A DNA stretch of 36,304 nt from Roseateles sp. (GTDB lineage: Bacteria > Pseudomonadota > Gammaproteobacteria > Burkholderiales > Burkholderiaceae_C): the NCBI GenBank assembly GCA_044339175.1, contig JBIIVZ010000001.1:1-36304 (forward strand), given 5' to 3'. The notes beneath the pieces are model-generated. The model worked only from the letters and a program-made list of their open reading frames with translations. It was not told where the DNA came from and ran no database searches. Below, piece by piece: positions 11,539 through 21,029 of this stretch. The position numbers and the translations under genes are program-made. Positions within the stretch are counted from its first letter, which is position 1, and the number at the start of each line of letters is the position of its first letter.

Positions 11539-12843
11539 TCAGGCAAGTCGGCTGATGTCCAGGCCGCTGACATCCACCGCGCTTGGGCGGCCAGCCACTT
11601 GGGCCGCCAGCACATGGGCGGCGCCGCATGCCAGCGTCCAGTTGATGGCGGTTTGGCTGTGGCTGCCACCCTGGGCCAAGTTCAGCCAAAGGCCGGGCAG
11701 GCCGCTGGCACCGAGTACCGGTAGTCCGTCCGGCAATTGCGCCAGTACCGCTTTCCAATGCTGTGCTTGACCGTTCTGGATCGCACCCGGAAACCACTGA
11801 TGCAGGACTTGATGCAAGGCATTCAGGCTCGCCGGTTTGAACTGATCGGTGCGCCCGCCCACCTCGGCGACGCCGGCCACGCGCACCCGTTGACCGATGC
11901 GGCTGATGGCGATCTGCTGTTGGTGGTCGAACACGCCGGCGCGCGGGCCGAGATCGGGGTAGGCCTCCAGTTGGCGCAGTGGCGCGGTGATCGCGTGCCC
12001 ATGAACGGCGGTCAGCGGCAGTTTGAGCCCCAGCGGTGCCAGCAGGTCGACCGAATCGAGCGCGGCGCAAACAATCACCGCGTCGAAGTCATCTTGCTGG
12101 ATGCCGAGCGGTGCGGATTCGGTGTCGCCGGCATCGGTCAGGCGCGAAGCGGCCTCGATGCGTTCTACCGGCGGCGTGTATTCATGCGTCAGCCGTACCG
12201 GCCGGCCCGGTTGAACGCTGCGCACCGTGGTGTGAAAGCGGAATTGCGCGCCCAGGCGCTGCGCCTCCAGTCGGAGCAAGTGGGCAAACTGGCGGCAGTT
12301 GCCGATCTCAGCCTGCGCCAGTCGGATGCCGCCGTAAAGCTCGGCGTCCGGGTTGAGGCCGGGCTCGACGGCTCGGCATTGGTCTGCGTCGAGCTGATGG
12401 TGAATCACCCCGGCAGCTTGCAGCAGGGCCAGGCCGGGCTGAATGGCGGCCAGCTCGGCCGGGCCGCGCAGCAGCACTAGTTGGCCTTCCGTGTGTTCGT
12501 AATCCAATTGCAACCGGCGGCGCAGTTGCTGCAGGCGAGCGCTGCTGTGCAGCGCCAGTTGCAGCAGATTTTGGTGGGCCGAGCCCGCGTTCTTGTTGCG
12601 CCCGGCGCGCCAGCGCTGCCATTGCCAAGCCAGCGCTTGACCATCGGTGAGCCGGGGTGCGCGCGGCGGCGTCCACGCCACCATGAGGCCTGGCACGACC
12701 AGCCCAGCATTGGCAAAGCTGCCTTCGGCGGCGACGCTGCCGCGGCGTTCAAACACGGTGACCTGATGGCCTTCGGCGCTGAGCTCGTAGGCCGACGTCA
12801 CGCCGGCGATGCCGGCACCGATGACGGCGATGCGCAAGCTCAT
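11539..12843 (-). CDS. FAD-dependent oxidoreductase, D-amino acid dehydrogenase (DadA)-like
   Basis: N-terminal IAVIGAGIAGVTSAYEL...VTVFER, SFANAG, GNCRQFA, RVRVAG. C-terminal motifs are degenerate (see findings). Confidence 0.85.
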   Translation of the reverse strand: MSLRIAVIGAGIAGVTSAYELSAEGHQVTVFERRGSVAAEGSFANAGLVVPGLMVAWTPPRAPRLTDGQALAWQWQRWRAGRNKNAGSAHQNLLQLALHSSARLQQLRRRLQLDYEHTEGQLVLLRGPAELAAIQPGLALLQAAGVIHHQLDADQCRAVEPGLNPDAELYGGIRLAQAEIGNCRQFAHLLRLEAQRLGAQFRFHTTVRSVQPGRPVRLTHEYTPPVERIEAASRLTDAGDTESAPLGIQQDDFDAVIVCAALDSVDLLAPLGLKLPLTAVHGHAITAPLRQLEAYPDLGPRAGVFDHQQQIAISRIGQRVRVAGVAEVGGRTDQFKPASLNALHQVLHQWFPGAIQNGQAQHWKAVLAQLPDGLPVLGASGLPGLWLNLAQGGSHSQTAINWTLACGAAHVLAAQVAGRPSAVDVSGLDISRLA

Positions 12844-13010
12844 CGATTCGCCTGGGTTAGGGGTTGCGATGTGCCGTCGCCGGCCGTGCAGGCCAGTGCC
12901 GTGCTGCGGAGGCGTGGTGTGCGCTGACGCTGATGAATGGGGGAATGGATGTGCATATGTTCTCTGTGCAAGGCTCAGCTTTTGGCGGTCGCGAAGCCGG
13001 GCTGTGCCTG

Positions 13011-13245
13011 CGGGTCTGCCGACGAATTCGGTGCTGGCACGTCAATATCGTCGATCTTTTGTCTTTGAATTGCCGCCGTGCTGAGCAGGCCCGATCAGTG
13101 GCAAGGCTGGATCAGGGCTGAACGGCAAGGCCTGTACGACGCTCGCGTCAGTCAGGTGCGTGCCGCGGCTCGCGAGTATTTCATGCCTGGGGCCACAGCC
13201 ATCCAGGCACCTGGCCTTGCAGACTTCCATCCAGCGATGGGTTTG
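13011..13245 (+). pseudogene. Possible decayed gene relic of unknown family
   Basis: Two adjacent frames read ...VLARQYRRSFVFELPP and VLSRPDQWQGWIRAERQGLYDARVSQVRAAAREYFMP..., joinable by one base near 13078. Protein-like, but I cannot identify it. Confidence 0.25.
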
Positions 13246-13289
13246 CTGCTCCCTGAGTGCGCAGAAAGGGCGGGCCGCAGTGGGTCGTA

Positions 13290-13295
13290 TATACT
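13290..13295 (+). promoter_or_regulatory. Putative -10 box of the rpsB-tsf promoter
   Basis: TATACT about 260 nt upstream of rpsB; no clear -35. Confidence 0.4.
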
Positions 13296-13392
13296 CTACA
13301 GGCTGTGCTGAGTGGCCCTGTACATAAAGTACAGGTATGCGTAGAGGGTGGGTCGCGAAGATTCTTGGGATGTGAGTACTCCGAGAAGATTC

Positions 13393-13556
13393 AAGATCCA
13401 GGACTCAAAAGTCGCCTTCTTTACGCACCGTCAGTGGAGTCAATCGCAAACTGGCCACCAAGAGGTGTCGCCACTGTTTGACAGCCGAATTTAGTGCGAG
13501 CTGTACCAAGCAGGGTGATTCTGGCCGGATTTTAGACATAACCTTTGGAGTTAAAT
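13393..13556 (+). promoter_or_regulatory. Structured rpsB 5' leader (probable S2 autoregulatory element)
   Basis: Nested complementarity: AAGATCC/GGATTTT, AGTCGCCT/GGGTGATT, CGCAC/GTGCG, CAGTGG/CCACTG, closing just before the SD GGAG. Structured rpsB leaders are established in Proteobacteria. Confidence 0.6.
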
Positions 13557-14303
13557 ATGTCCGTTACGATGCGCGAAATGCTGGAAGCCGGTGTCCACTT
13601 TGGTCACCAGACTCGTTTTTGGCACCCCAAGATGGCTCCGTATATCTACGGCCACCGCAACAAGATCCACATCATCAACCTCGAAAAGACGCTGCCTGCG
13701 TTTGAAGAGGCGATGAAGTTCATTCGCAACCTGTCGTCCAAGCGCGGCACCATCATGATGATTGGCACCAAGCGCCAAGCACGTGACGTGATCGCCATGG
13801 AAGCTCAGCGTGCCGGCGTGCCTTATGTCGACCAGCGTTGGTTGGGCGGCATGATGACCAACTTCAAGACGGTCAAGGGTTCGCTGAAGATCCTCAAGGA
13901 CATGCAAGCGCAAGTTGAAGCCGGCACTCAGCCCGCGATCAAGAAAGAAGCGCTGATGTTTCAGCGCGACTTGCTCAAGCTGGAAAAGAATATCGGCGGC
14001 ATTCAGGACATGGCTGTGCTGCCGGACGCGATCTTCGTGATCGACGTCGGTTTCCACAAGATCGCCATCGCCGAAGCCAAGAAGCTGGGTATCCCCATCA
14101 TCGGCGTGGTTGACACCAACCACTCGCCGATTGGCATCGACTACGTGATCCCGGGCAACGATGACTCGGCCAAGGCTGTGGCGCTGTACGCCCGCGCCGT
14201 GGCTGACGCCATCATCGAAGGCCGCGCCAACATCGGCAACGAAGTGGTGCATGCCGTGGCTCCTGCAGGCGATGAGTTCGTGGAAGTCAGCGAAGGCGCT
14301 TGA
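13557..14303 (+). CDS. rpsB: 30S ribosomal protein S2
   Basis: [36 protein letters not shown]; SD GGAG. Confidence 0.99.
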   Translation: MSVTMREMLEAGVHFGHQTRFWHPKMAPYIYGHRNKIHIINLEKTLPAFEEAMKFIRNLSSKRGTIMMIGTKRQARDVIAMEAQRAGVPYVDQRWLGGMMTNFKTVKGSLKILKDMQAQVEAGTQPAIKKEALMFQRDLLKLEKNIGGIQDMAVLPDAIFVIDVGFHKIAIAEAKKLGIPIIGVVDTNHSPIGIDYVIPGNDDSAKAVALYARAVADAIIEGRANIGNEVVHAVAPAGDEFVEVSEGA

Positions 14304-14320
14304 TTTTTCTGCGCTCAAAC

Positions 14321-14348
14321 AAGAGGGGCTGATTCAGCCCCTTTTTTT
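14321..14348 (+). terminator. Intrinsic terminator/attenuator between rpsB and tsf
   Basis: AGGGGCTG-att-CAGCCCCT stem running into a T7 tract. Confidence 0.8.
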
Positions 14349-14424
14349 CAAAAAATATTGGCTTTACTGATGGAGCGCTGCAGTGCGACGGCACGCGCAG
14401 CCTCGGTCAAACTGGAGATTCAAG

Positions 14425-15315
14425 ATGGTTGCAATTACCGCCAGCATGGTGGCTGAGCTGCGCGCTCGCACCGACGCACCGATGATGGAATGCAAGAAGG
14501 CCCTGGTCGAGGCCGAAGGCGACTTGGTTCGCGGCGAAGAAATTCTGCGCGTCAAGCTGGGTAACAAGGCCGGCAAGGCCTCGTCCCGCGTGACGGCCGA
14601 GGGTGTGGTTTCGGCCGCCGTGGTCGGCACGACCGGCGCGCTGTTGGAAGTCAACTGCGAAACCGACTTCGTGACCAAGAACGATGCCTTCCTGGCCTTC
14701 GTGAATGCTTGCGCCGTGTTGGCTGCCGAACATGCGCCGGCCGATGTCGCTGCGCTGTCGGCCCTGCCGCTGGCACAAGAGGGTTTTGGCCCGACGGTGG
14801 AAGACGTGCGTCGCGGCCTGATCGGCAAGATCGGCGAGAACATGTCGCTGCGTCGCTTCAAGCTCTACAGCTCGGGTGCCAAGGTTGCGACTTATCTGCA
14901 CGGCACACGCATCGGCGTGATGGTCGAGTTTGACGGCGAAGAAACCGCAGCCAAGGACGTCGCCATGCACGTTGCGGCTATGAAGCCCGCCGCGCTGTCG
15001 TCCGCTGAAGTGCCGGCCGAGTTGGTCGCCAAAGAGCGCTCGATTGCTGAGCAAAAGGCGGCCGAATCTGGCAAGCCGGCCGAGATCGTCTCCAAGATGG
15101 TTGAAGGCTCGGTGCAAAAGTTCCTCAAGGAAGTGTCCTTGTTGAACCAAAGTTTTGTAAAGAACGACAAGTTGACCGTCGAGCAAATGCTCAAGGCGGC
15201 CAACACCACGGTGAAGAGCTTCACGCTCTACGTGGTGGGTGAAGGCATTGAAAAGAAGGTGGATGACTTTGCCGCCGAGGTGGCTGCGCAAGTGGCTGCT
15301 GCCAAGGGGCAATAA
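14425..15315 (+). CDS. tsf: Elongation factor Ts
   Basis: [48 protein letters not shown] 14425 follows GGAG. Confidence 0.98.
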   Translation: MVAITASMVAELRARTDAPMMECKKALVEAEGDLVRGEEILRVKLGNKAGKASSRVTAEGVVSAAVVGTTGALLEVNCETDFVTKNDAFLAFVNACAVLAAEHAPADVAALSALPLAQEGFGPTVEDVRRGLIGKIGENMSLRRFKLYSSGAKVATYLHGTRIGVMVEFDGEETAAKDVAMHVAAMKPAALSSAEVPAELVAKERSIAEQKAAESGKPAEIVSKMVEGSVQKFLKEVSLLNQSFVKNDKLTVEQMLKAANTTVKSFTLYVVGEGIEKKVDDFAAEVAAQVAAAKGQ

Positions 15316-15330
15316 GCTCTACCGCAAGAC

Positions 15331-15353
15331 AAAGGGCGCCACTGGCGCCCTTT
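15331..15353 (+). terminator. Terminator-like hairpin after tsf
   Basis: AAAGGGCGCC-act-GGCGCCCTTT perfect inverted repeat; short T tract. Confidence 0.6.
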
Positions 15354-15441
15354 ACACTTGTGCCCGCCGTCGGGTGGGCGCTTGCTGTTGCCCGGCGCAG
15401 CACAACAGTCCCGTATTCCGCAGTACAGAAAGGTTCTCCCC

Positions 15442-16152
15442 ATGCCCGCGCACAAACGCATCCTGCTCAAACTTTCCGGTGAAGCCCTGATGGGCGATGA
15501 CGCTTACGGTATCAACCGCGCCACCATCGTGCGGATGGTGCGTGAGATCCAGGAAGTGACGCTGTTGGGCGTTGAAGTCGCGGTCGTGATCGGCGGAGGC
15601 AATATCTTTCGCGGTGTGGCCGGGGGGGCCGTCGGTATGGACCGCGCCACGGCCGACTACATGGGCATGTTGGCCACGGTGATGAATGCACTCGCCCTGG
15701 CCGACACGATGCGCCAAGAAGGCATCGTCGCCCGCGTGATGTCGGCCATCGGCATCGAACAAGTCGTCGAGCCCTATGTGCGGCCGAAGGCGCTGCAGTA
15801 TCTGGAGGAGGGTAAGGTGGTGGTGTTCGCTGCCGGCACCGGCAATCCATTTTTCACGACCGACACCGCAGCCGCCTTGCGCGGCGCTGAAATTGGCGCT
15901 GAAATCGTTTTGAAGGCGACCAAGGTTGACGGCGTTTATTCTGCCGACCCCAAGAAAGACCCGACGGCCACGCGCTACACCCGCATCACCTTCGACGAAG
16001 CGATCTCCAAGAACCTGCAAGTGCTGGACGCCACCGCGTTTGCGCTGTGCCGCGATCAAAAGCTGCCCATCCGTGTCTTCAGCATTTTGAAAGCGGGCGC
16101 TTTGAAGCGCGTGGTGATGGGCGAGGACGAAGGCACGCTGGTACACGTTTAA
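15442..16152 (+). CDS. pyrH: UMP kinase
   Basis: [39 protein letters not shown]; ATG 15442 follows AAAGG. Confidence 0.98.
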   Translation: MPAHKRILLKLSGEALMGDDAYGINRATIVRMVREIQEVTLLGVEVAVVIGGGNIFRGVAGGAVGMDRATADYMGMLATVMNALALADTMRQEGIVARVMSAIGIEQVVEPYVRPKALQYLEEGKVVVFAAGTGNPFFTTDTAAALRGAEIGAEIVLKATKVDGVYSADPKKDPTATRYTRITFDEAISKNLQVLDATAFALCRDQKLPIRVFSILKAGALKRVVMGEDEGTLVHV

Positions 16153-16259
16153 GTGCCGGGGTTCGTCGGTTCGTTAGTGAGCCAGTTAGTCAGTCAAGAA
16201 CAAAGTTGCGCGGCAGTTGGGCCACGGCCAGTCCCGCAAGGTAGAAGGAATCAAGCATC

Positions 16260-16820
16260 ATGAGCATTGCAGACATCAAGAACAACGCCGAGTCGAAGAT
16301 GGCGAAGTCGATCGAATCGTTCAAGAGCGAATTGCACAAAATTCGCACCGGTCGCGCCCATCCGGGCATCCTCGATCAGGTCAGTGTGGACTATTACGGC
16401 GCCATGCTGCCGATCTCGCAGGTGGCCAATGTGTCTTTGTTGGACTCCCGCACCATCACCGTTCAGCCCTGGGAAAAGGGCATGGGGGCGAAGATCGAGC
16501 GGGCCATTCGGGAGTCTGATCTGGGCCTGAATCCGTCCTCGCAAGGGGATTTGATTCGTGTGCCGATGCCGGCGCTGAACGAAGAGCGCCGCCGCGACTT
16601 GACCAAAGTTGTGCGCAACGCCGGTGAGGATGCCAAAGTGGCGGTGCGCAATGTGCGCCGTGAGGCCAACGAGCAAGCCAAGAAGCTGATGAAGGACAAG
16701 CTGATCAGCGAAGACGACGAGCGCCGCAGCCTCGACGACGCCCAAAAGCTGACCGACCGGACGATTGCCGAGTTGGATCGCTTGATCGCCGGCAAGGAAG
16801 CCGAAATTCTGGCCGTTTGA
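16260..16820 (+). CDS. frr: Ribosome recycling factor
   Basis: [31 protein letters not shown]. Confidence 0.98.
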   Translation: MSIADIKNNAESKMAKSIESFKSELHKIRTGRAHPGILDQVSVDYYGAMLPISQVANVSLLDSRTITVQPWEKGMGAKIERAIRESDLGLNPSSQGDLIRVPMPALNEERRRDLTKVVRNAGEDAKVAVRNVRREANEQAKKLMKDKLISEDDERRSLDDAQKLTDRTIAELDRLIAGKEAEILAV

Positions 16821-16864
16821 GCCTTAGCTCGAGCCTGCTCCTGATCCTGAATGAAAGCGCCGCC

Positions 16865-17599
16865 GTGACGAATGAGCTGAAAGCTGTGCCACGCCACGTG
16901 GCCATCGTGATGGACGGTAATGGGCGCTGGGCTAAAAAGCGCTTTCTGCCGCGTTTCTTTGGCCACAAAGCCGGCGTCGACGTGTTGGTCAAGGTGGTGC
17001 AAGCCTGCATAGACCGCAACATCGAGCACCTCACGGTCTTCGCCTTCTCGTCAGAGAACTGGAAGCGGCCGTCCGACGAGGTGTCGGGTCTGATGGGGCT
17101 GGTGCTGGCGGCGGTGTCGCGCTACTTGGCTCGCATGGGTTCCATGGGTGTGCGCATCCGCATCGTGGGGGACCGCGAGGCGGTGTCGGCGAAACTGCGC
17201 AACGCCTGGAATGAGGCGGAAAGTGCCACCTGCCACAACACCAAGCTGACCTTGTCGGTAGCCTTCAATTACGGCGGGCGCTGGGACATCGTGCAGGCCT
17301 GCAAGGCCGCCATGTTGGCCGGTGTGCCTGCCGACCAATTGACCGAGGCCAAGCTGTCGGAGTTCATGGCCATGAGCTATGCGCCCGACCCTGATCTGTT
17401 CATCCGCACTGGCGGCGAGGTGCGCATCAGCAACTTCATGTTGTGGCAGGTGGCCTATACCGAATTCGTGTTCTCCGACTGCCTCTGGCCCGAGTTTGGC
17501 GAGGTGCAGCTGGACGCCGCCATTCAGGCTTACCGGGATCGTGACCGGCGCTTTGGCGGCGTCAATGCCGCTCCTGCTGCCGCTGCGGTCGTGGCCTGA
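16865..17599 (+). CDS. uppS: Undecaprenyl diphosphate synthase
   Basis: HVAIVMDGNGRWA, AFSSENWKRP, NYGGR, IRTGGEVRISNF. Start uncertain (GTG 16865 vs TTG 16817). Confidence 0.96.
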   Translation: MTNELKAVPRHVAIVMDGNGRWAKKRFLPRFFGHKAGVDVLVKVVQACIDRNIEHLTVFAFSSENWKRPSDEVSGLMGLVLAAVSRYLARMGSMGVRIRIVGDREAVSAKLRNAWNEAESATCHNTKLTLSVAFNYGGRWDIVQACKAAMLAGVPADQLTEAKLSEFMAMSYAPDPDLFIRTGGEVRISNFMLWQVAYTEFVFSDCLWPEFGEVQLDAAIQAYRDRDRRFGGVNAAPAAAAVVA

Positions 17600-17601
17600 T
17601 C

Positions 17602-18462
17602 ATGCTGAAAACTCGTCTGATCACGGCCCTTGTGTTGCTGGCCATTCTGTTGCCGGCGCTGTTTGCCGCTTCGCCTTGGCCGTTCGCATTGCTGACCTTG
17701 CTGATGATCGGCGCGGCCGGTTGGGAATGGGCGCGCTTGAACGCAGCGACCGCTGCCCGGCCGCTGCCCGCGCTGCTGTTCGGTGCCGTCGTTGCCGCCG
17801 CCTGCGCAGTCACGTTGCTGGCGCTCGGCCTGCAAGCGCCGCCGGCTTGGTGCTGGTGGGTAGCCGGTTCGATCTGGGTGCTGGGCGGTGCTTATGCCTT
17901 GCGGGCCGGCCCGACGCGCTGGCCGCATGTGTCGCGCCCGCTGCGCTTGGCGCTTGGCGCGCTGGCGCTGTGGGCGGCTTGGCTGGCCATGGTGCAGGCT
18001 AAAACGCTGGGTATCAATTTTTTGCTGTCGATTTTTTGCCTGGTCTGGATGGCCGACGTGGCCGCCTATTTCGGCGGCCGTGCGTTCGGGCGGCGCAAGC
18101 TGGCCCCCAGCATCAGCCCGGGCAAGAGCTGGGAGGGTGTGTGGTCGGGCATGCTGGGCGTGTTGGTGCTGGCTTTTGTCTGGGCCTTCTACATCGACAC
18201 GCACTTGGCCGTCGATTCGCCCAGCCTTTACCAATTGCTGCTGCAGCGCCAGCCGTTGCCGCTGGGGCTGCTGATGCTGCTGTTGCTCAGTGCGATGAGC
18301 GTGGTGGGTGATTTGTTCGAATCGCTGCTGAAGCGCGCGGTGGGAGCCAAGGACAGCAGCCAGTTGTTGCCCGGCCATGGCGGCGTGCTTGACCGTGTGG
18401 ACGCCTTGCTGCCAGTGTTTCCGCTCGCCTTAGCCCTGAGTTCTCTGAGTACCTTTCTATGA
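17602..18462 (+). CDS. cdsA: Phosphatidate cytidylyltransferase
   Basis: Polytopic membrane protein; [37 protein letters not shown]. Confidence 0.96.
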   Translation: MLKTRLITALVLLAILLPALFAASPWPFALLTLLMIGAAGWEWARLNAATAARPLPALLFGAVVAAACAVTLLALGLQAPPAWCWWVAGSIWVLGGAYALRAGPTRWPHVSRPLRLALGALALWAAWLAMVQAKTLGINFLLSIFCLVWMADVAAYFGGRAFGRRKLAPSISPGKSWEGVWSGMLGVLVLAFVWAFYIDTHLAVDSPSLYQLLLQRQPLPLGLLMLLLLSAMSVVGDLFESLLKRAVGAKDSSQLLPGHGGVLDRVDALLPVFPLALALSSLSTFL

Positions 18463-19655
18463 GTGATATGCAACGCCAGCGCATTTGTGTGCTCGGCTCG
18501 ACGGGCTCCATCGGTGTCAACACCCTCGACGTGCTGGCGCGGCACCCGGATCGCTACGAGGTTTTTGCACTCAGCGCGATGAGCCGGGTGGACGAGCTGC
18601 TGGCGCAATGCCTGATCTGGAAGCCTCGTTTCGCCGTGCTGCCAGATGCCGGCTTGGCCACGCAACTGCGCAAGTCCCTGCGCGAGCAGGGCAGCCGTAC
18701 CGAGGTACTGGACGGGGCAGCCAGCTTGTCTGAAATCGCCGCCCACCCCGATGTGGACATGGTGATGGCCGCCATCGTCGGCGCGGCTGGTCTGGCCCCT
18801 TGCTTGGCTGCAGCCCGGGCAGGCAAGCGCCTGCTGCTGGCCAACAAGGAGGCCATCGTCGTTGGCGGCGCGCTGTTCATGCAGGCGGTAGAGCAGGGCG
18901 GCGCGACGCTGTTGCCGATCGACAGCGAGCATTCGGCAATTTTTCAATGCCTACCCGAAGACCGCCGCAGTTGGAGTCGGCGCATCGACCACATCGTGCT
19001 GACTGCGTCCGGTGGGCCGTTTCGGCAGCGCGATCCGGCCACTCTCAGCGATGTAACGCCCGACCAAGCCTGCGCGCACCCGAACTGGGTGATGGGACGC
19101 AAGATTTCGGTGGATTCGGCCACCATGATGAACAAGGCGCTGGAAGTGATCGAGGCGCGCTGGTTGTTTGGCTTGGTACCTGAGCAGATCAAGGTGCTGA
19201 TCCACCCGCAAAGCATCATCCATTCGATGGTGGTGTGCCGGGATATGTCGGTGCTGGCTCAAATGGGCACACCCGATATGCGGGTGCCGATCGCCTACGG
19301 CTTGTCCTTCCCCGAGCGCATCGATGCCGGGGCCAGTCGGCTTGATCTGCTGCAACTGGCAGACCTGAGTTTCGAAGAGGCCGACAGCGACCGCTTCCCT
19401 GGCTTGCACCTGTCCTGGGCGGCGCTGCGCGGTCCTGAAGGCGCAACAGCGGTGCTGAATGCGGCCAACGAAGTGGCGGTTGAGGCCTTTTTGGCGCAGC
19501 GACTGCGCTTTGATCAGATTCACCGCGTCAATGCGCAAAGCCTCGAAGAGTTGCAACCCGAAGCCGGCGAATGCGCCAGCGTGGCAGGCTTGTTGGGTTT
19601 GGATGCACGCGCCCGCCGCCACGCGCTGGCACTGATTACCGGGTTGACTGCATGA
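18459..19655 (+). CDS. dxr: 1-deoxy-D-xylulose 5-phosphate reductoisomerase
   Basis: [51 protein letters not shown]. Confidence 0.98.
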   Translation: MSDMQRQRICVLGSTGSIGVNTLDVLARHPDRYEVFALSAMSRVDELLAQCLIWKPRFAVLPDAGLATQLRKSLREQGSRTEVLDGAASLSEIAAHPDVDMVMAAIVGAAGLAPCLAAARAGKRLLLANKEAIVVGGALFMQAVEQGGATLLPIDSEHSAIFQCLPEDRRSWSRRIDHIVLTASGGPFRQRDPATLSDVTPDQACAHPNWVMGRKISVDSATMMNKALEVIEARWLFGLVPEQIKVLIHPQSIIHSMVVCRDMSVLAQMGTPDMRVPIAYGLSFPERIDAGASRLDLLQLADLSFEEADSDRFPGLHLSWAALRGPEGATAVLNAANEVAVEAFLAQRLRFDQIHRVNAQSLEELQPEAGECASVAGLLGLDARARRHALALITGLTA

Positions 19656-21019
19656 GTACCTTGCTGGCTTTCATCTTTACCTTGGCGGTGTTGATCGTCG
19701 TGCACGAGTACGGCCATTACCGCGTGGCCCGCGCTTGCGGCGTCAAAGTGTTGCGCTTTTCGGTCGGCTTTGGCCCCGTCATCTGGCGTCGCCAAAGCGG
19801 GCCGGACGCCACCGAATTCACCCTCTGCGCGCTGCCGCTGGGCGGCTATGTGCGCATGCTTGATGAACGCGAAGGGCCGGTGCCCGAACCGTTGCGTGCG
19901 CAAGCCTTCAACAACCGGCCCTTGCGCCAGCGCGTCGCCATTGTGCTGGCCGGGCCGATGGCCAATTTGCTGCTGGCGGTCGTCCTGTTCGGTGCTGCCA
20001 ACTGGATCGGCATGGAAGAGCCCAAGGCCTTGCTGGGCGCACCGCTGGCCGGTTCGGTGGCCGAGCGCGGCGGCCAACGCGCCGGCGATTGGGTGCAGTC
20101 CAGCTCGGCAGACGGCGAGCATTGGGATGACTTGCAAGCGCTCTCTGAACTGCGCTGGCAAGCTGCACAGGCGGTGGCCGAAGGGCGCAAGCTGTATCTG
20201 CTGGTCAGCGATGCCCAGGGACATGCGCGCCGTAACTTGGTCTTGGACACCGACAGCTTGGCTGGCCAGGACATGGATGCCGCGCTGCTGCGGAAATTGG
20301 GTCTGGGTGCCGCTTTCAGCGAGCCCTTGCTGGGCCGTTTGACCGACGGCGGTGCCGCCAAGTCGGCGGGCCTGCGGGAGGGCGACCACGTGCGCGCAGT
20401 GGACGGCGCGGCGGTGGCCGATGCCGCCAGCTTGCGTGAATTGATTCGGGCTGCCGTGGACGGCAATGCCGGGCGCGCCATGCTCTGGCGTGTCGAGCGC
20501 TCTGGCCAGGTGCTGGAGTTGCAGGTCCAGCCCAAGGTGATAGAAGAAGCTGGGCAGCGCATCGGCCGGATCGAAGCAATGGTCGGTGGTGTGCCGGCGC
20601 TGGTGACGCTGCGCTACGGTTTCTGGGACGGTTTGTCGCGCGGCGCGGTGCGCACGTTCGACATGTCCTGGATGACGCTGAAGATGTTTGGGCGCATGGT
20701 CATCGGTGAAGCGTCGCTGAAGAATTTGAGTGGCCCGTTGACCATTGCCGACTATGCCGGTCAGTCCGCACGGCTGGGCTTACCTCACTACCTGGGCTTT
20801 CTGGCGCTGGTCAGCGTCAGCCTAGGCGTGCTGAACCTGCTGCCTTTGCCGATGCTCGACGGTGGGCACCTGATGTATTATCTTTTCGAGGGTCTGACCG
20901 GCCGCCCCGTCTCGGAGTGGTGGCAACAGCAGTTGCAGCGCGCAGGCGCGCTGGTTCTGATGCTGATGATGGCCTTAGCCCTTTCCAACGACGTGGCCCG
21001 CTTGACGGGCCTGCATTGA
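19652..21019 (+). CDS. rseP: RIP metalloprotease RseP
   Basis: HEYGH zinc motif, [17 protein letters not shown] regions, [12 protein letters not shown]; ATG overlaps the dxr stop (ATGA). Confidence 0.96.
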   Translation: MSTLLAFIFTLAVLIVVHEYGHYRVARACGVKVLRFSVGFGPVIWRRQSGPDATEFTLCALPLGGYVRMLDEREGPVPEPLRAQAFNNRPLRQRVAIVLAGPMANLLLAVVLFGAANWIGMEEPKALLGAPLAGSVAERGGQRAGDWVQSSSADGEHWDDLQALSELRWQAAQAVAEGRKLYLLVSDAQGHARRNLVLDTDSLAGQDMDAALLRKLGLGAAFSEPLLGRLTDGGAAKSAGLREGDHVRAVDGAAVADAASLRELIRAAVDGNAGRAMLWRVERSGQVLELQVQPKVIEEAGQRIGRIEAMVGGVPALVTLRYGFWDGLSRGAVRTFDMSWMTLKMFGRMVIGEASLKNLSGPLTIADYAGQSARLGLPHYLGFLALVSVSLGVLNLLPLPMLDGGHLMYYLFEGLTGRPVSEWWQQQLQRAGALVLMLMMALALSNDVARLTGLH

Positions 21020-21029
21020 TCCTATCTGC

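Noticed and set aside
12844-13050. Glycine riboswitch upstream of the DadA-like gene
   Set aside because: No GGAGA/CCGAAG/CTCTCAGG aptamer motifs seen on the minus strand.
13318-13334. LexA box upstream of rpsB
   Set aside because: CTGT-N9-ACAG has a 9-nt spacer; the consensus requires 8.
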